Assembly (NCBI GenBank): GCA_000004695.1
Contig: CM000151.3
Coordinates: forward strand, 3,808,001-3,872,000
Direction: 5' to 3'
Length of the DNA: 64,000 nt
Origin: Dictyostelium discoideum
Taxonomy: Eukaryota
Below the pieces are notes generated by a model, which ran no database searches, had not been told where the DNA came from, and saw only the letters and a list, made by a program, of their open reading frames with translations. Positions 28,536 through 43,100 of the stretch are shown here, piece by piece. Position 1 is the first letter of the stretch; each line of letters opens with the position of its first letter. Position numbers and translations under genes: made by a program.

Positions 28536-30168
28536 GATGATATTCATGAAATATCGAATAAAGATAACTTGAAATTAAAAATGTATGATAAATAAAAGAA
28601 CCAACAATAATTGTCCAAAGGAAAGAAACCAATTTCATTTGATAAACATTTTTGGTATCGTATAAAGTTGATTGATGTAAAGCCAAAGATTCGATTGATA
28701 ATGGATAGAAATAATTAACCAAACGCATTACAATTCCAACAGAACCCAAGAACAATTCACGAGCAGGTGAAAAGGAACTAATCTCTGATAGAGAATTTGA
28801 AAGATGATTTACACAATAGAATATATCCTCTTGACCATTGACTTGATTACCAATCAATAGAGTTTGAATAAAGTATAAAAGAACCAATGACCAAAACAAC
28901 ATGGATAGCAATGGTATGACCAACAATGTAAGAATACTATGTAAAAATTGTAATGGTAAATTGGATTTGATAATAATTTCCTTTTCAGCTAAACGAGTTG
29001 CAAATAACCAAACCACGAATAAAATCACACCAAACAATATACAAGAACCAAATATTTTTAAATTTTTTAATTCCTGAACTGTTGAGAATTCTTTTGGTAT
29101 TGATGTATTACCACCATCACCACCATCACCACCACCATCACTGTAATCAATTGGATTAAAATTATAATTTGAACAGAGGAAATTTGAAACACCAACAATT
29201 GAGAATCTTCTCCAATTATCTTTGAATGCTGTTAATTTGGTTGCAATTGATGGATTGTTGAAATCGAATTGATCAAATTCACCAGTGGTCTTTGAAGTTT
29301 GAATGGATGGTCCAGTTGGTGACATTATGATATGTTTCAAATGTGGTAATGGTAGATAAAAGATGATAGCCACCAATGAGATCAATAGAGCCATTGATAT
29401 CAATGCTCTAATCCATTGATGATTAATCTTTGTTGTTAAACCAAGTGAGAGGAAATGATAACTCTTTGAAGCCATTGATGGATTACGGCGAATCTCACTT
29501 GACAATCTTTCCAATTGTGCCTCTGTATAATATTTACTCTGAAGTTCACAATTTTGTTTGGAAATTTGTAAACATTTAGATGGCGTATACATATCACCCC
29601 ATGATTGTTCACCCATCTTCTCTATGATGTTCTTTGATGACTTACCACCTGAAACTGTATTCACTGTACCATTAATTTCATTTCTTTTTCTAATTGGTGG
29701 ATTATAAAATATAGTTTCAGTTTTAATTGGTTCTGTTGGTGTATTATTATTATTATAATTATTATTATTATAATTATTATTATTATTGATATTATTATTA
29801 TTATTATTATTATTATTTAAATAATAATTTTCATCACCATCATCATCATCGTCATCATCACTATCAATATATTCTTCTTGTTTATCTTTCTTTTTTTCTT
29901 TCTCTTTATCATTGTGTTGATTTATTGGTGTTGTTGTTGTTGCTGTGGTTCTGATTGAAGTGAATACAATTTCATCTTCATCATCTTCATCATCATCATC
30001 ATCTTCTAGTTCTTCTTCTTCTTCTTGAAATTCATCATTTACTTCATCTCTTTGTTCAACTACTTCTTCAATTTCTTCAACTATTTCTTCAATAATTTCA
30101 TCATCGTCATTGAATTCTTCAACTTGTTTTACTTTTTTAATGGTTTTTTTTGTTGCCTTTCGAACCAT
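28054..30168 (-). CDS. Multi-pass (about 7 TM) membrane protein with a long acidic N-terminal region. Function is unknown, and a nuclear-envelope/NEMP-like fold is only a guess.
   Basis: A 704-aa ORF whose hydrophobic segments include IRALISMALLISLVAIIFYLPLP, IFGSCILFGVILFVVWLFATRLA and LHSILTLLVIPLLSMLFWSLVLLYF. The N-terminus is D/E-rich and the tail is coiled-coil and Q-rich. Confidence 0.5.
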
Positions 30169-31365
30169 TTTAATTTTTTTTTTTTTTTTTATTTTTTTTT
30201 ATTTTTTAATTTTTTTTTTTTTTTTTTTTAATTATTTTTTTTAATTATTTTTTTTTTTTTTTTATTTTTTTTTTTAATTAACCAATTATTTATATATATT
30301 TTTTTTATGTTCGTGAACATAAAATTAATAAAAAAATAAAAAAAATAAAAAAATAAAATTAAAAAAATAAAAAAAAAAAAAAATATACCGGAAAAAATTT
30401 CAAATTTAATAATTAATGAATTAGGGGTAACATTGGAATTTGTAAAATGAATATTTAATTTTTTTTTTATTTTTTTAATTTCAAATAATTCATTACAGTT
30501 ATTTTTAACAATTTTTAAAAAAATGTAAGTGCTACCATATGGATTTAGTATAATTTGATTTTATTTTTTTATTTAGTTATTTTTATTTATACTCCAAACC
30601 TTATTTTTAAATGTTATTTTACATTTAAAAAAAAATAAAAAAAAAAAACAAAAAAAAAAAATATAAAATAAAAGAAATAAAAAAAAAAAAAAAATAATGG
30701 CATGTAAAAAAAAAAAAAAAAAAAAAACTTACCTTATAATTACTAATTAATTTTTTAATTTACAAATAAATAAACGAGAAAATAAATAAAAAAAAAAAAA
30801 AATAAAAAAAAATTAATTCAATAACAATTAAGATGAGAATTGAACTCGCAACTTAATGTTGGTCAATTGTTCAATTCTTGCAAGAATCTATTTTTTTTTA
30901 AATTTTAAATAATAAAATTCTTTATTATAATTTTAATAATGTCCAATCCAACTAAACAAAATAAATTAATTAGGAAATTAAAATAATTTATAATTTTTTT
31001 TTTAATGGTATTAAAAATATAATATCAAAACCATTATAATTTTTTTTTTTTTTTTTATTTTTTTATTTGTGGTGTATTTATATTTAAATTTTTTAATAAT
31101 GATTAATGACACCTGTCATGTCATTTGAAAATTCAATCTGTTTAAATTTTTTAAATGGGGGTAAAAAAAAATTAAAAAAATAAACAATTGACTAAAAAAA
31201 AGCATGAATAAATAAAAAAAATAAAATTTAAATATTATTTAACCGAAAAACGATAAAAAAAAAAAAAAAAACTTTTAAAAAAAAAAAAATTAGTTATACA
31301 ACCAAAAAAAATAAAAAAAAAAAAAATTAGTTATACAACCAAAAAAAAAAAAAAAAAAAAATTAA

Positions 31366-31521
31366 TTGTATATATATTATAATATGGGCAGAAAATTTAA
31401 ATTTATAATATTATCTCTATTTATAATATCTCTTTTTCTTATACTCAATTATTCAATTATAAATAATAAAAATAAATTAAATTCGGATAATTATAATAAT
31501 AATAATAATAGCAATAATAGC

Positions 31522-31579
<58 letters not shown>

Positions 31580-32156
31580 GTAAAAATAATAATAATATAA
31601 ATAATAAAATTAATAAAAATAAAAATATTAATAATGAAAATATATTAAAGAAACAATATAAATATGAAAAAGATAAAATTTCATTATTAGAGAGTAACTT
31701 TTTATTAAGAACCAATGGTTTAATGGAGTTAAAAGAAACTAAAATATTACTTAGAAAATGTGAATATGTGGATTTAGTATATACATGGGTTAATGGTTCA
31801 GATCCAAACCATATTAATAGTAGACGAAAATATAATATAGATCTCGGTAATCAAAATTATCCTTCTTCAAGTGATGATCATAATGTTAATAATAATAATA
31901 ATAATAATAATAAAAATAATAATATTGGAAATTATAGTAGAGATGAAGAAGAATCAAATAATAGTATACCAGAAGATGACACTCAAAGATATAGAGATTA
32001 TGGTAGTCTAAAATATTCATTACGTAGTGTTAGAAAGTACGCCCCTTGGATAAAGAATATTTTTATTGTAACTGCAAATCAAATTCCATCATGGTTTAAT
32101 ACTTCAAATCATCAAAATGTTTATTTTATATTTCATAATCAATTTTTTAAAAATAT
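31366..32156 (+). CDS. Stealth-family (GlcNAc-1-phosphotransferase-like) protein, exon 1: signal anchor plus Stealth CR1 and CR2.
   Basis: CR1 is VDLVYTWVNGSDP and CR2 is RYRDYGSLKYSLRSVRKYAPWIKNIFIVTANQIPSWF. A gtaagtaatt donor at 32157 leaves phase 2 ('at'). Confidence 0.7.
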
Positions 32157-32246
32157 GTAAGTAATTAAATTTAATTTATATATATATATATATATTTTAT
32201 CCATAATATATATTAAAATTATTTAATTTTGAATATATAAAAAAAG

Positions 32247-32916
32247 AGATGATTTGCCAACATTTAATTCAAATTCAATTGAATCAAATTTTTGGAATTT
32301 ACCAGAAGAAGTTTCAAATTGTTTTTTATATTTAAATGATGATTTATTTTTTAGAGAACCAGTAAAAGTTAGTGATTTCTTTGATTCTGAATTTAATCAA
32401 CATATATTTGAAAGTGATGAAATTATATCAAGTTATACAGATATTGAAAATAATGAAAGATTGGATGTTTGGGCTAAATCATTGGTTATGTCAAATAAAG
32501 TATTGGATAGAATTTGGAAAACTCTTGGAAAACCTAGACAAAATGCTCAACATGGTGTTCAAGTGTTTAATAGAAAGATTTGGATCTTAATGAAAAGAGA
32601 ATTGGAGAAAGAACTATCAATGACATCTTCAAATAAGTTTAGAACTGTAAATGATATTCAAATACCATTCACCTATAATCAGTTTGCAAAGAGATACTCT
32701 CAACATATCATTAAAGAACCAAATAATGGCTACTATGGTTTAAATGATAAAAATTTAAACAAAACTTTTCAAGAAGTTTTACTCAATAAAAATAAATCAA
32801 AAACAATTTGTTTAAATGATTTATTGGGTGAAAGTTTAGATAAAAATACAAGTCTTCAAATTTTTAACTTTTTTGAATCTTTATTTCCAATTAAATCACC
32901 TTATGAAAATAATTAA
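32247..32916 (+). CDS. Stealth-family protein, exon 2 (CR3/CR4 region).
   Basis: The acceptor aaAG is at 32245-32246. at+a = Ile, then DDLPTFNSNSIESNFWNLPEEVSNCFLYLNDDLFFREPV..., in frame with the track ORF at 32254. Confidence 0.65.
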
Positions 32917-33236
32917 TTTACTAGTAAATATTGTACTAATTTAGTAAAAATAAATTCTTTTTTTTTTTATTTTCCAAATTTGGGAAAAATGGAAAATAAA
33001 TTAAAAATAAAAATGAAATTAAATAAAAAATATGCTCAATTCTTTTTTTAGTTTTTTTTTTTTTTTTTTCATTTTCAATTTTTTTTTTTTTTTTTTTTTT
33101 TCATTTTTTTTTTTTTTTTTTTTCATTTTTTTTTTTAATTATCACAACTTTTTGTAAATTTAACTCTTTTTTTTTTTTTTTTTTGAAAAAAAAAAATAAA
33201 TAAAAAATAATTATTATTATTTATTAATTTTTAAAA

Positions 33237-33376
33237 ATGGAGAATATATGGGGTAAACCCAATACTTCAAATAACAATAATAGTACCGCCAATACAGGTT
33301 CTATTTTTGGAGTGGGTACTACCAACCCTGTATTTGGAACTCCTACATTTGATAACTCAAATACAACAACACCATC

Positions 33377-33413
<37 letters not shown>

Positions 33414-33782
33414 GACAATCTTGGTAGTAATACAATTAGTTTTGGAAATAGTTCACCATTTTCAATAACTTCGACATTAAATCCAAATGCATCATCATTC
33501 ACTCCATCATTTAATAATGTTGGTAACAATTTAAACAATAATAATACCACCACTACTACTACTAATAATAATAATCAAAATATTAATAATAAAATTCAAG
33601 GAAATAATAAAACCAATATTTTATTTGTTAGTAATGTACCAGCATCAAATATTGCTAATGATATAGTATTAATCAATGAAATGAAAAGACATTTTGGGCA
33701 ATATGGTACAGTTTTATCGGTTGATAACATTAAAAAGAAACCGAATAATACTTTTAATTTATCTTTAACATATTCCAATAGT
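33237..33782 (+). CDS. GANP/SAC3-family (TREX-2 mRNA-export) protein, exon 1: FG-repeat N-terminus and the start of an RRM-like fold.
   Basis: FG repeats SIFGVGTTNPVFGTPTF..ISFGN. The RRM-like segment is ILFVSNVPASNIANDIVLINEMKRHFGQYGTVLSVDNIKKKPNNTFNLSLTYSNS. A GTAATT donor at 33783 is phase 0. The intron contains an (ATTT)n run. Confidence 0.65.
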
Positions 33783-33784
33783 GT

Positions 33785-33853
<69 letters not shown>

Positions 33854-33915
33854 TTACAGAGAGGGTCAAAAAATACTAACAAGTTGTTTTTAATATTAAT
33901 TATTTATTTTTATAG

Positions 33916-35427
33916 AGTGAAGCATCAGAAGCATTAAAGAAAGGAAAGAAATATCAACATACAATACTTATAATTAAACCACATAAAACTTTTCCAACTT
34001 CAACTACATCATCATCAATGCCATCTTTTAGTACTACTTCACAAATATCAAATACTAATAATAGTAATAATAATAATAATAATAGTAATAATAATAACTT
34101 TAACAACAATAACAACAAAAATGATAGTAGTGATATTTCTTTAATTTTAAAGAAAGATGATGAGTTAATGTTAAGATCACATGAAAGAAATTTAAGATTT
34201 CAATTAATGAAAAATGCGCCACAACAACAACCACAACAACAACCACAAGTACAACCACAAAAACAAAAACAACAATCAACACTTTTAAAGAATGAAGAAG
34301 ATAATTTAGATGATGAAGATGAAATTGAAGAAGATGATATTAATGATGATGATGAAGAAGAGGATGAAGAAGATGAGGATGAAGATGATAATATTAATCA
34401 ATCACCACCACTTAAGGCTACACAATCAAATACAAATCCTACATTAGCCCAACAAGTACCAACAACAACAACAACAACAACAACAACATTAGCATTAAAA
34501 AATAATAATGGACATAAAATTGGATTATGTTTAGATTTTATACCATCAAAAGAGAAACAACATAGAACATCATCAGGTGATATTAATATATTAGAGAAAA
34601 CCCCAACCACTGGTGAGTTAATCCTATTGAAAAAGTATAAGAGAAATGTAGCAGATGATAATACAGAGATTCCACCCGATGAAATTAGACCAGTACATGT
34701 GTTATTAAAGGTAATGAATTATATCACTCATGAGATCTCTGATCAAGAATCACTTCAAAGACCTGGTGTAACATTTTCAGAGATTCAAAATTTCATTCGT
34801 GATAGAACTAGATCCATTAGACAAGATTTAACATCTCAACATTCAAAAGATGGTATTTCAATCGATATCCATGAGAGATGTACTCGTTTTCACATTGTTT
34901 CACATCATTATCTTTGTGAACTACCCGATAAGGATTTCAATGCATTTCAAAATCGTGAACAGTTGAATAATTGTTTAACCTCTTTAAAACAATTCTACAA
35001 TGATCATTTCAAACAATCCAATGGTCTAGTGACAACCAACGAACCAGAATTCCGATCCTATTACATTTTAAATAATTTAGAGAATAACTATGATTTGGTA
35101 TCCTATATGATCGATATACCTCGTTCAATCTTTCATCATCCATTCATTCAATATGCAATCGAAGTTTGGAAAGCTTATCGTTCCGACAACTATAGTAGAT
35201 TCTTTATGTTAACTCTATCGGGTACTTATTTACAAATGTGTATACTTCATCGTTATTTCACTCATGTTAGAAAGATTGCAATCAAAAGAATCGCTAGATC
35301 CTATAGAGCTCCGAAACAACCAACTACTCTTTTCCCAATTCAAGATTTTAATAATATCTTAATGTTTTCTGATTCAAATGAAACTAATCATTTCATTTCT
35401 ACAATCAATGGTATTACAATTGATTCA

Positions 35428-35458
<31 letters not shown>

Positions 35459-38400
35459 GTGGTGGTGGTGGAGGTGATCAAATTATTTTCAATCATTCTT
35501 TTAATTTTAATCAAATTAATGATATTTCAATCACTCCTTATCGTTCTTCCATTGTAATGTCACGTGCACCTAAAACTTTTCAACAAACTATTGATGTACC
35601 AGAACCTGTACCAATCGTTCAATATCGAAAATGTTTCATTGATTTTGATCAATCTTTTCAAAATCCTTTAATATATAATAAACAAAATCTAGATGCTGAA
35701 TCTGAACAATCTGAATATAACTATTCAATAGCTGCTTCTGGTCCAATGAGAAGTTTAGTAACTAAAAATGCAATTGCTACTTTTGGTTTAAGTAATAAAA
35801 TAACTCCAGTCCTACCTTCAACAATAACAACAGCAACGACAACAACATCACCACCACCAATAACAACATCAACCATACCAATTAAATTACCAACTATTTC
35901 ACCAACTTTTGTTAAACAAATACCTCAAACTTCACCAAAAATAAATAATACCAACAATATCAGTACGATTGGGTCTCCATCTATTTTTAATAAACAACAA
36001 CAACAACAACAAACACCACTACCAACAACAGCAGCAGCAACAACAAAAGAAATGACAATAAGTCAAAGTCCAACCATAACATCACCATCTACTCCTTCTA
36101 CCTCTTCATTATTTAATAATAAAACAGGTTTTGGAATTAACAACGTAGTTAATTCAAAATCGATATTTCAAACTCAATTAGCACCAACAACAACAATAAC
36201 AACAACAACAACATCAATACCAACCATACCAACTCCTTCTACATTAAAAACAACAACCATTGAAAACAAATCATCGATAACATGTGTTTTTCCAACCTCT
36301 TTTCCTGATAAGAGTATCTTTGGTGCAACTTCTAATAATAAACAAACACTTCCAACTTCTTCTTCTTCTTCAGTCTTTGCAACCACAACACCACCTTCAT
36401 CTATATTCTCCAATACTCCTTCTTCTTCTTCTCAACAAAAATCATTCAACACTAACATTATCTCACCATCTCAATCAACACCACCATTGGGTGGCAATGA
36501 TTCACTTAAAATCACTACACCTCCAAATAAAACCATTGAAACCACGCCCAATATAACACAATCATCAAATTTATTAAATAGTGGTAGCAGTAATTTATCC
36601 TCAAATTCATTATTTTCACCAACTATTTCTAATACAACACCAAAAACACCAACAATCTTTAATAATGAAAGTAATAATAACAATAACAAAAAAAACATCT
36701 TTGGTGATACAAAAATAGTCACACCAAAACATTCATCATTACCACAAGATTTATTTGGTTCACCAATTGTAAAAGAGATACCATCAACACCAATGAGCAT
36801 TTTACCAGGTAGTAAAAGTACATCTCTTATAGACTCTTCAACAATAACAACAACTGAAAGGGATAAAAAAAGAAGAAATAGAAATGATCAACAAGAAGAT
36901 AATGTCAACTTAAATACACCAATACCAATATCAACTGTTAAACCACAATTCACTGATTTCCCATCATCTCCAATGAATTTATCAACACCATATGTTAATA
37001 AACAATCTAATTTCAGTCTTAATCAACATCAACAGCAACAGAAACAACAACAACAACAAATTCCCTTCCCTTCAAATCTAATTGAGCTCGAAAAATCTAC
37101 ATCCAAAGTTCAATCACTACCACAACAACCACAAATACTACAAACAAAACCACCTCAATCATCAATGCCTATTGTTAAAAAACAAACAAAATCCTATTCA
37201 GAGAAATCGAATAAAACATTACTTTCCTATATGTTTAGATGTTGGAGATTTCAATTATTACGTTTTAAAAATCAACAAAAACAAATTCAAGAAATTGGTG
37301 ATGAAATTCCACTAGATTTAGATAATGAAAATACTTTAGACCCTATTATATTATCACAATCTTTAATAACACCTAAAAAACTATCACCATCAATTCAGCC
37401 TCAATCAATTTCAAAACAACAACAACTACAACCACAATTACAACAACAACAACAACAACAACAACCACTACTACTACAACAACAACCAATTAAAATTGAT
37501 TTATCACCAATAAATATTCCATTTTATATATACGATAATCTAGATAAAATTAATAGACAAAATCAAAAAGGCAAACCCCTATTTTGGAAACTTTTATATT
37601 GTTGTCCAGATCCTCAATTTAATAATAATAATATTAATGATAGTGAAAATAACATTAAACAAATTATTGAAATTATTTCAAATAAATTATCATACGAGAG
37701 AAATAAATTACAACAACAACAACAAAACTATATTACAACATTATGTCAAATTCAAAAATATCATATAGAATACAAAGATCAAAATTCACAAATGAAAAGT
37801 AAAACTGCTGATAGGTCAATAGGTATTTGCGTAAATAGAGTTTTCAATACCAATACTAATAATAGTAATAATAATAATAATAATATGGAATTACAACATA
37901 TTCAAATGACTAGAGGTCTCTCTTCGATATTATTTCAAATATCAACAAGTATTGGATTCGATTCTAATTGTAAATTACAATTGTCTAGAATTTTAAATTC
38001 AATTCAAATTGAAGATCCTATTCAACGTATACCAATATTATTTTTAATTATAAATGATAATGGGGATAATAATAATAATAATAATAATGATAAAATTGAA
38101 AGATCAATTGAAGAATATATTATCAATAATCAAAGAATTTGGGGTGAAATTATAAATCAAATTAAAGTAATCAAAGTAGATAGAATTGATTCAATAGTCT
38201 ATAATAGTTTTAATGGTGATTCTGATAATATATTGGTTAAATCTTTACAATGGTTAAGTAGTAATACCCCTCCAATTCCATTCACAGAGATAAGACCTTT
38301 ATCCTCGGTATTTGATTCAGTAATTGTCAATAAATTTTCAAGTAGTATCTTTAGCCATTATTCAAAACAATTCCAAAATCCAATAATATATAATCAGCAG

Positions 38401-38854
38401 CAGCAGCAGCAACAACAACAACAACTCCCAACACCACAAACTATTGTTAGTTATTTCAATTTTGTAATTAATCAATTGATTTCTTTTATAACAAATCCTG
38501 CTTTGAAATCTATTCAATGGCCAATACCAGAATTTAGTGGAAGTTTTAATACTTCTTATTGGAATAGTGATCAAGTGTTCAACTCTATAAAAATATCACT
38601 AAATTCAATTCTCTTAAATAATTTACCAAATGAATTAAAAGATTTAGTTGGTGCAATATCTAAAATTGCTGATGACACAACAAATAATTTAACATCATCA
38701 TCACAACAAAATCAAACACTCTATCAAGCAATTGAACCAATAATTAAACAATGCAATAATTGGATATCATCTCATCAAAAAGATAAAATCGAATCAATTA
38801 ATATTGATAACCAAGTTAGAGAAATTTTTAATGATCAATTTATTGAAAAATTTG
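33916..38854 (+). CDS. GANP/SAC3-family protein, exon 2: the SAC3/GANP domain plus a very long low-complexity S/T/N/Q-rich region.
   Basis: The acceptor tatAG is at 33914-33915. The exon begins SEASEALKKGKKYQHTILIIKP. The SAC3/GANP domain is IRPVHVLLKVMNYITHEI...IRQDLTSQHSKDGISIDIHERCTRFHIVSHHYLCE...NREQLNNCLTSLKQFY. The track ORF's tail ...GNFHLHFFFFFFFFF is read-through of a GTAATT donor at 38855. Confidence 0.7.
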
Positions 38855-38946
38855 GTAATTTTCATTTACATTTTTTCTTTTTTTTTTTTTTTTTTTTTTC
38901 TTCTCCTAAAATTTATTACTAACATTTAATTTATATATATATATAG

Positions 38947-39770
38947 AGAAATTCAATAAAATTAATAATGGATATTTTATAGTAATACCATGGCATTTAA
39001 TATTTGAAACAATATTTTCTTATCAAATTAGTAAGATTCCATTCATTCAGTCATTTTATAGCGATTCAATGATTAATGACCTTTTAGATTTTAATAGTTT
39101 TATTGGAAATTATAATAATAATAATAACTACAATATTAATAGCCAATATCAAAATCAAAAGATTATATCATTACCAATAAAGAGTCTTAATAATAGTATT
39201 TTAATTTCACCATCAAAGAAAAGACAGACCAATTTTAATAATAATTTATCCTCTCCTTCAAAGTATCATAGAGTTCATTTTGATGAAATGAAAATTAATG
39301 ATCTTGATACTATTACCACCACCTCCACCGCCACTACCTCATCCAACCCAATGAAAAGAAAACAAAATATTATAAATAATAATGTAGGCATCAACAATAA
39401 TCAAATGTCGGCATCATTATCATCAACTCGTAATAATAATAATATACTAAATAGCCAAATCCAATTAAGTAAAAGTTTAAATTCCAAAAATCAAAGTACC
39501 TCTAGAACTTTGGATCAATTATTGTTAAGTTTACAAAATGAAAAGAAAAAGACAAAAGCTATAAATAGATCTCTTATTTCCACTATAAATACCTACAACA
39601 ACAGAGATAATAATAGTAATTTTAATTATGATGATCAATTAATTAACTCAACTTCAAACTCTAAAGATATGATTTCAAGTACAATTACATTTAAAAACCA
39701 TAAATTGACTGGTAGTGTTTTGGATGTATCCGAAAAACTATTGTTTTTGATAAACAATAGTAATAATTAA
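38947..39770 (+). CDS. Proposed terminal exon of the GANP/SAC3-family gene. The alternative is an independent Asn-rich ORF beginning at 39069.
   Basis: The phase-1 donor at 38855 joins in frame to the acceptor tatAG at 38945-38946, or alternatively to 38981-38982. The downstream frame is open from 38910 through the track ORF 39069..39770 (MINDLLDFNSFIG...). No separate upstream ATG context is visible. Confidence 0.35.
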
Positions 39771-40102
39771 ATAAAGAATTTTATTATCAGCAATATAAAT
39801 CGTTTGTTGTTTTTTTGGATTTTTTGACTTGTTTTTTTTTTTTGGATTTTTTGGTTGTGGGTTGACATTGAATCTTTTCTTTTTAACCTTCTAAAACTGT
39901 ATTATCATTAATATTTGATTTTTAAAAAATTAATAAAGTTATTGATTCTAAAATTTGAATTTAAAAGATTTTTTTTTTTTTTTTTTTTTTTTGATATAAA
40001 TAAACTATTGTAGTATACAATTAGTATGTTATTTTTATTTATTTATTTTAGGTTTTTTAGTTTTTGTGAATTTAAAATAGTATGTTATTTTAGATTAGGT
40101 AA

Positions 40103-43100
40103 TTAATAATTAATTGGTGGTGTAATTGTTGGAATTGGTTCATTTGTGTTTATGCTCCATTCTTTTTTAAATTTTTTGATGGTTTCGGACCATTGGGTTT
40201 CTTTTTGAGTTTTTGTGAGGTTGTTTTTAATTGAGTATTGGTTAAAGTTTGATAAAGTTCTTGAATATTCCAATCTTATTAGCTTGTGCCATTTTGATTT
40301 TAATATATCATAATCTAGTGTTGTGTTGTTTATTTGGTTGTTCCAATTATCAATTGATTGAGTTATATTGATGTCAAATAATGATTTGCATAACCATATC
40401 CATATTTGGTGAATAACTAATGAGATTATGTTCCAATATGCATGTGTTCTGACTAGATCAAGATTTGTGTTTATATAATTCCAGTTGAACCTGTATTTTT
40501 TATATTGTGCGTTTTCTGCAAAATGAAAATTAATATTGATAGTTGGATCTGGTTTAAATGCTTTGTTGTTTGTTTGTGGTTTATAGATGAGTGTGTATAA
40601 TTTTGTTGTTTGGTTTTTTGTTAGTGACCAGTTTTTGTTTCCATTGCAATTTTTATATATAAAATATTTTAATTTGTCGTGGTTAATGAAGTTGATTGTG
40701 CGCTGACAATTGAAAAACAAATGCCCATAGGGATCATTATTCATTTCATTGTTGCAAATGGGGCAAACTTTGTTGTGTAGATGATTAATCGGAAGACATC
40801 TAGCATGGAATCTTTGCATTGTATCACGGCCTTTTGGATCTTTTAATTTTTGAATTTTGACAAAAAGTTGGTCGTATGTGTATTTCCATAATAGTTGTAT
40901 TGATTGTTGGTGCGAAGTAAGAAGTAGATCTGAATATTTCTTGCCAATATAGTCTTTTGATTTGCATTGGTGATTGTTTAGTATTGTCGAGTAGATTTCT
41001 TTGAGTGTTGGTGGTAGTGAAATATTATTTGTGTTTAATGTTTGAGAGGGTTGGTTTTTTGTTAATATTGGTTGTAGGATTTGAACTTTATCTTTTAGAT
41101 GTCCAATTTGAGTTGCATAGTTTTCCCATTCTTTTTTGATTTTTATAAGGTATGGAGAAGAGATTGATTTGTTGATGATTTGATCCATCCAACTTATCAT
41201 GTATATTGAATTGTTTGCAGATTTATGCATTTGTAAAAATCTGTTGTATATCCAAATCTTTTGAGCAACTTGTCGTAATTGTATATTCCACATACCCCAA
41301 CCACCTTCTTTTAATGGTTTTAATGATCTATCATAACACATCAAAGGTATTTTTGCACGTGAATGGATGGTTGATGTGTTGTTTTCAATGGAATTGGTAT
41401 TGAGAGTTGGTGATTCAGAATTTGCGGGAGAATTCATAAACCATGAGATTAATTTATTAATTTGAATTTCTTCATCTTTTGTAAATTCTTCAAGGTATGA
41501 TAAATATGTTATTGGTGATAGTGAGTAGGTGTTTATGATGGTTGTTTTTGTTTTTAATGTTGTGCCACTAGTTTTCCATAGCACTAATGATTTAATCAGT
41601 GTTTTCATTGTTTCTGGTAATTTCCTATGTAAACCATTATGATTAAAGAAATAGCCAAGAACTCTTTCTGATTGATCTTTTTTGGTTATTGGTATTCTTT
41701 TTGATTGTGGAATGTTGTTTATTATGTGTTTATCAGTGATTTTGTGGGGGTTGATTTCTATTATTGCACTTTTGTCAAAATTTAATGATGATGATGTTGA
41801 AGCGCAGAAATTATCGAAATGTTTGATTGATTGTTGTTGTTGTTCGTAGTTGATGTTGTATGTTGTAGAGTCGTCTGCAAATTGGGTAAATTTGATTTTA
41901 ATTTGTGGATTGGGTGAAATTGGTAATCCAATTATTGAATTGTCTGCATTTATTGTTCTTGCTAATATTTCAATTACAATTACAAATAAAGTGGCTGAGA
42001 TTGGGTCACCTTGTTTTACACCTCTTTTAATATCGAATTTTCTGGTCGTTTTACCATTAATTGAAATTTTTGCTTGTGAGTCAGATAATAGCTTGTGGAT
42101 TAAATTTATTAATTTTATTGGTATACCAATATGAATTAATGTTCTTTTAATGCTATCGTGAGAGATAGAATCAAATGCTTTAAAGAAGTCAAATAGTGTG
42201 ATGATACCAGGGAGGTTTTTAGATTTGAGGTAGTTGATTAATTCATTGATGTTGATGATGTTGTCTATGATGAATCTGTGGGGTACGAAACCAGTTTGGT
42301 TGTTGTTGATGATGAAAGGAAGTATTCTCAGAAGACGTGCATTGATTACTTTTGAGAGGATCTTGTAATCAGTGTTTAGAAGTGTAATGGGACGACGATT
42401 TGATATGAGTAAGGGGTTGCCTTTCTTGTATATTGTGTGTATAAGACCTTCTGTGAATTCTGTTGTGATGTGGTGAGGATTTTCTAGTATATCGTTGAAT
42501 AATGTAGTGAGAATTGGTTTAACTTGGTTTAAATGATTAATGTAGAATGCATTTGTAACGCCATCTGGACCGGGTGATTTGTTGGGGTTACAGGTTTTAA
42601 TTGCAGCTTCAACTTCATCTTGTATAAATGGTGAGTCTAAACCATTCCAATATTCATTTTTTATGATGGGCCATGTGTTTAGCATGAGCTGGTGAGTAAT
42701 TGGACAACATATTTGTAAGCTATATAGATTTGTGTAGAATTCAACAAACGCATTTTCAATTTGGTCGGGGTCGGATGTAATGATGTTACCATATTGGATT
42801 GATTCAATTTTTGCATCTTTTGATCTTTTGTTTAGTATTGCTGATAGATACTTGCTAGGTATTTCTCCATTTATATGTTTTTTTAATATGTTTGTGTGGT
42901 TTTGATGTAATTTGTTTTTGTTACATATAATATTGTATTCAGCGATGCATTGTTCTTCAAGATGTTTGAATTTTGCTGCTTTTTCTAATAGTATTTGTTT
43001 TGCACGTTGAGTTTGTTTGTCTTTGTTATATTGATAGTTTTTTAGAGTTTTAATAATTTTTGATTTTACTTTTGACCAGTTTGTAAATTGATTGATTGAT

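Noticed and set aside
30820-30895. tRNA-like fragment: GAG-TTCAATT-CTC, a T-arm-like hairpin with a TTCAANT loop, plus a CAAC/GTTG stem nearby.
   Set aside because: No full cloverleaf could be folded by hand. The 5-bp T stem has mismatches, no acceptor stem pairs, and no anticodon loop of 7 nt is present. It is at best a decayed tRNA remnant.
33781-33850. The (ATTT)17 run, considered as a possible satellite or coding repeat giving [11 protein letters not shown].
   Set aside because: It lies inside the 133-nt intron between GANP exons 1 and 2. The track's poly-YLFI translation is intron read-through.
39069-39770. Treating the MINDLLDF... ORF as an independent gene.
   Set aside because: It is not rejected outright. 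It was down-weighted because the upstream frame is open to a phase-compatible acceptor that follows a canonical donor ending the GANP ORF, and there is no distinct promoter-proximal context. It is kept as an alternative in the feature list.
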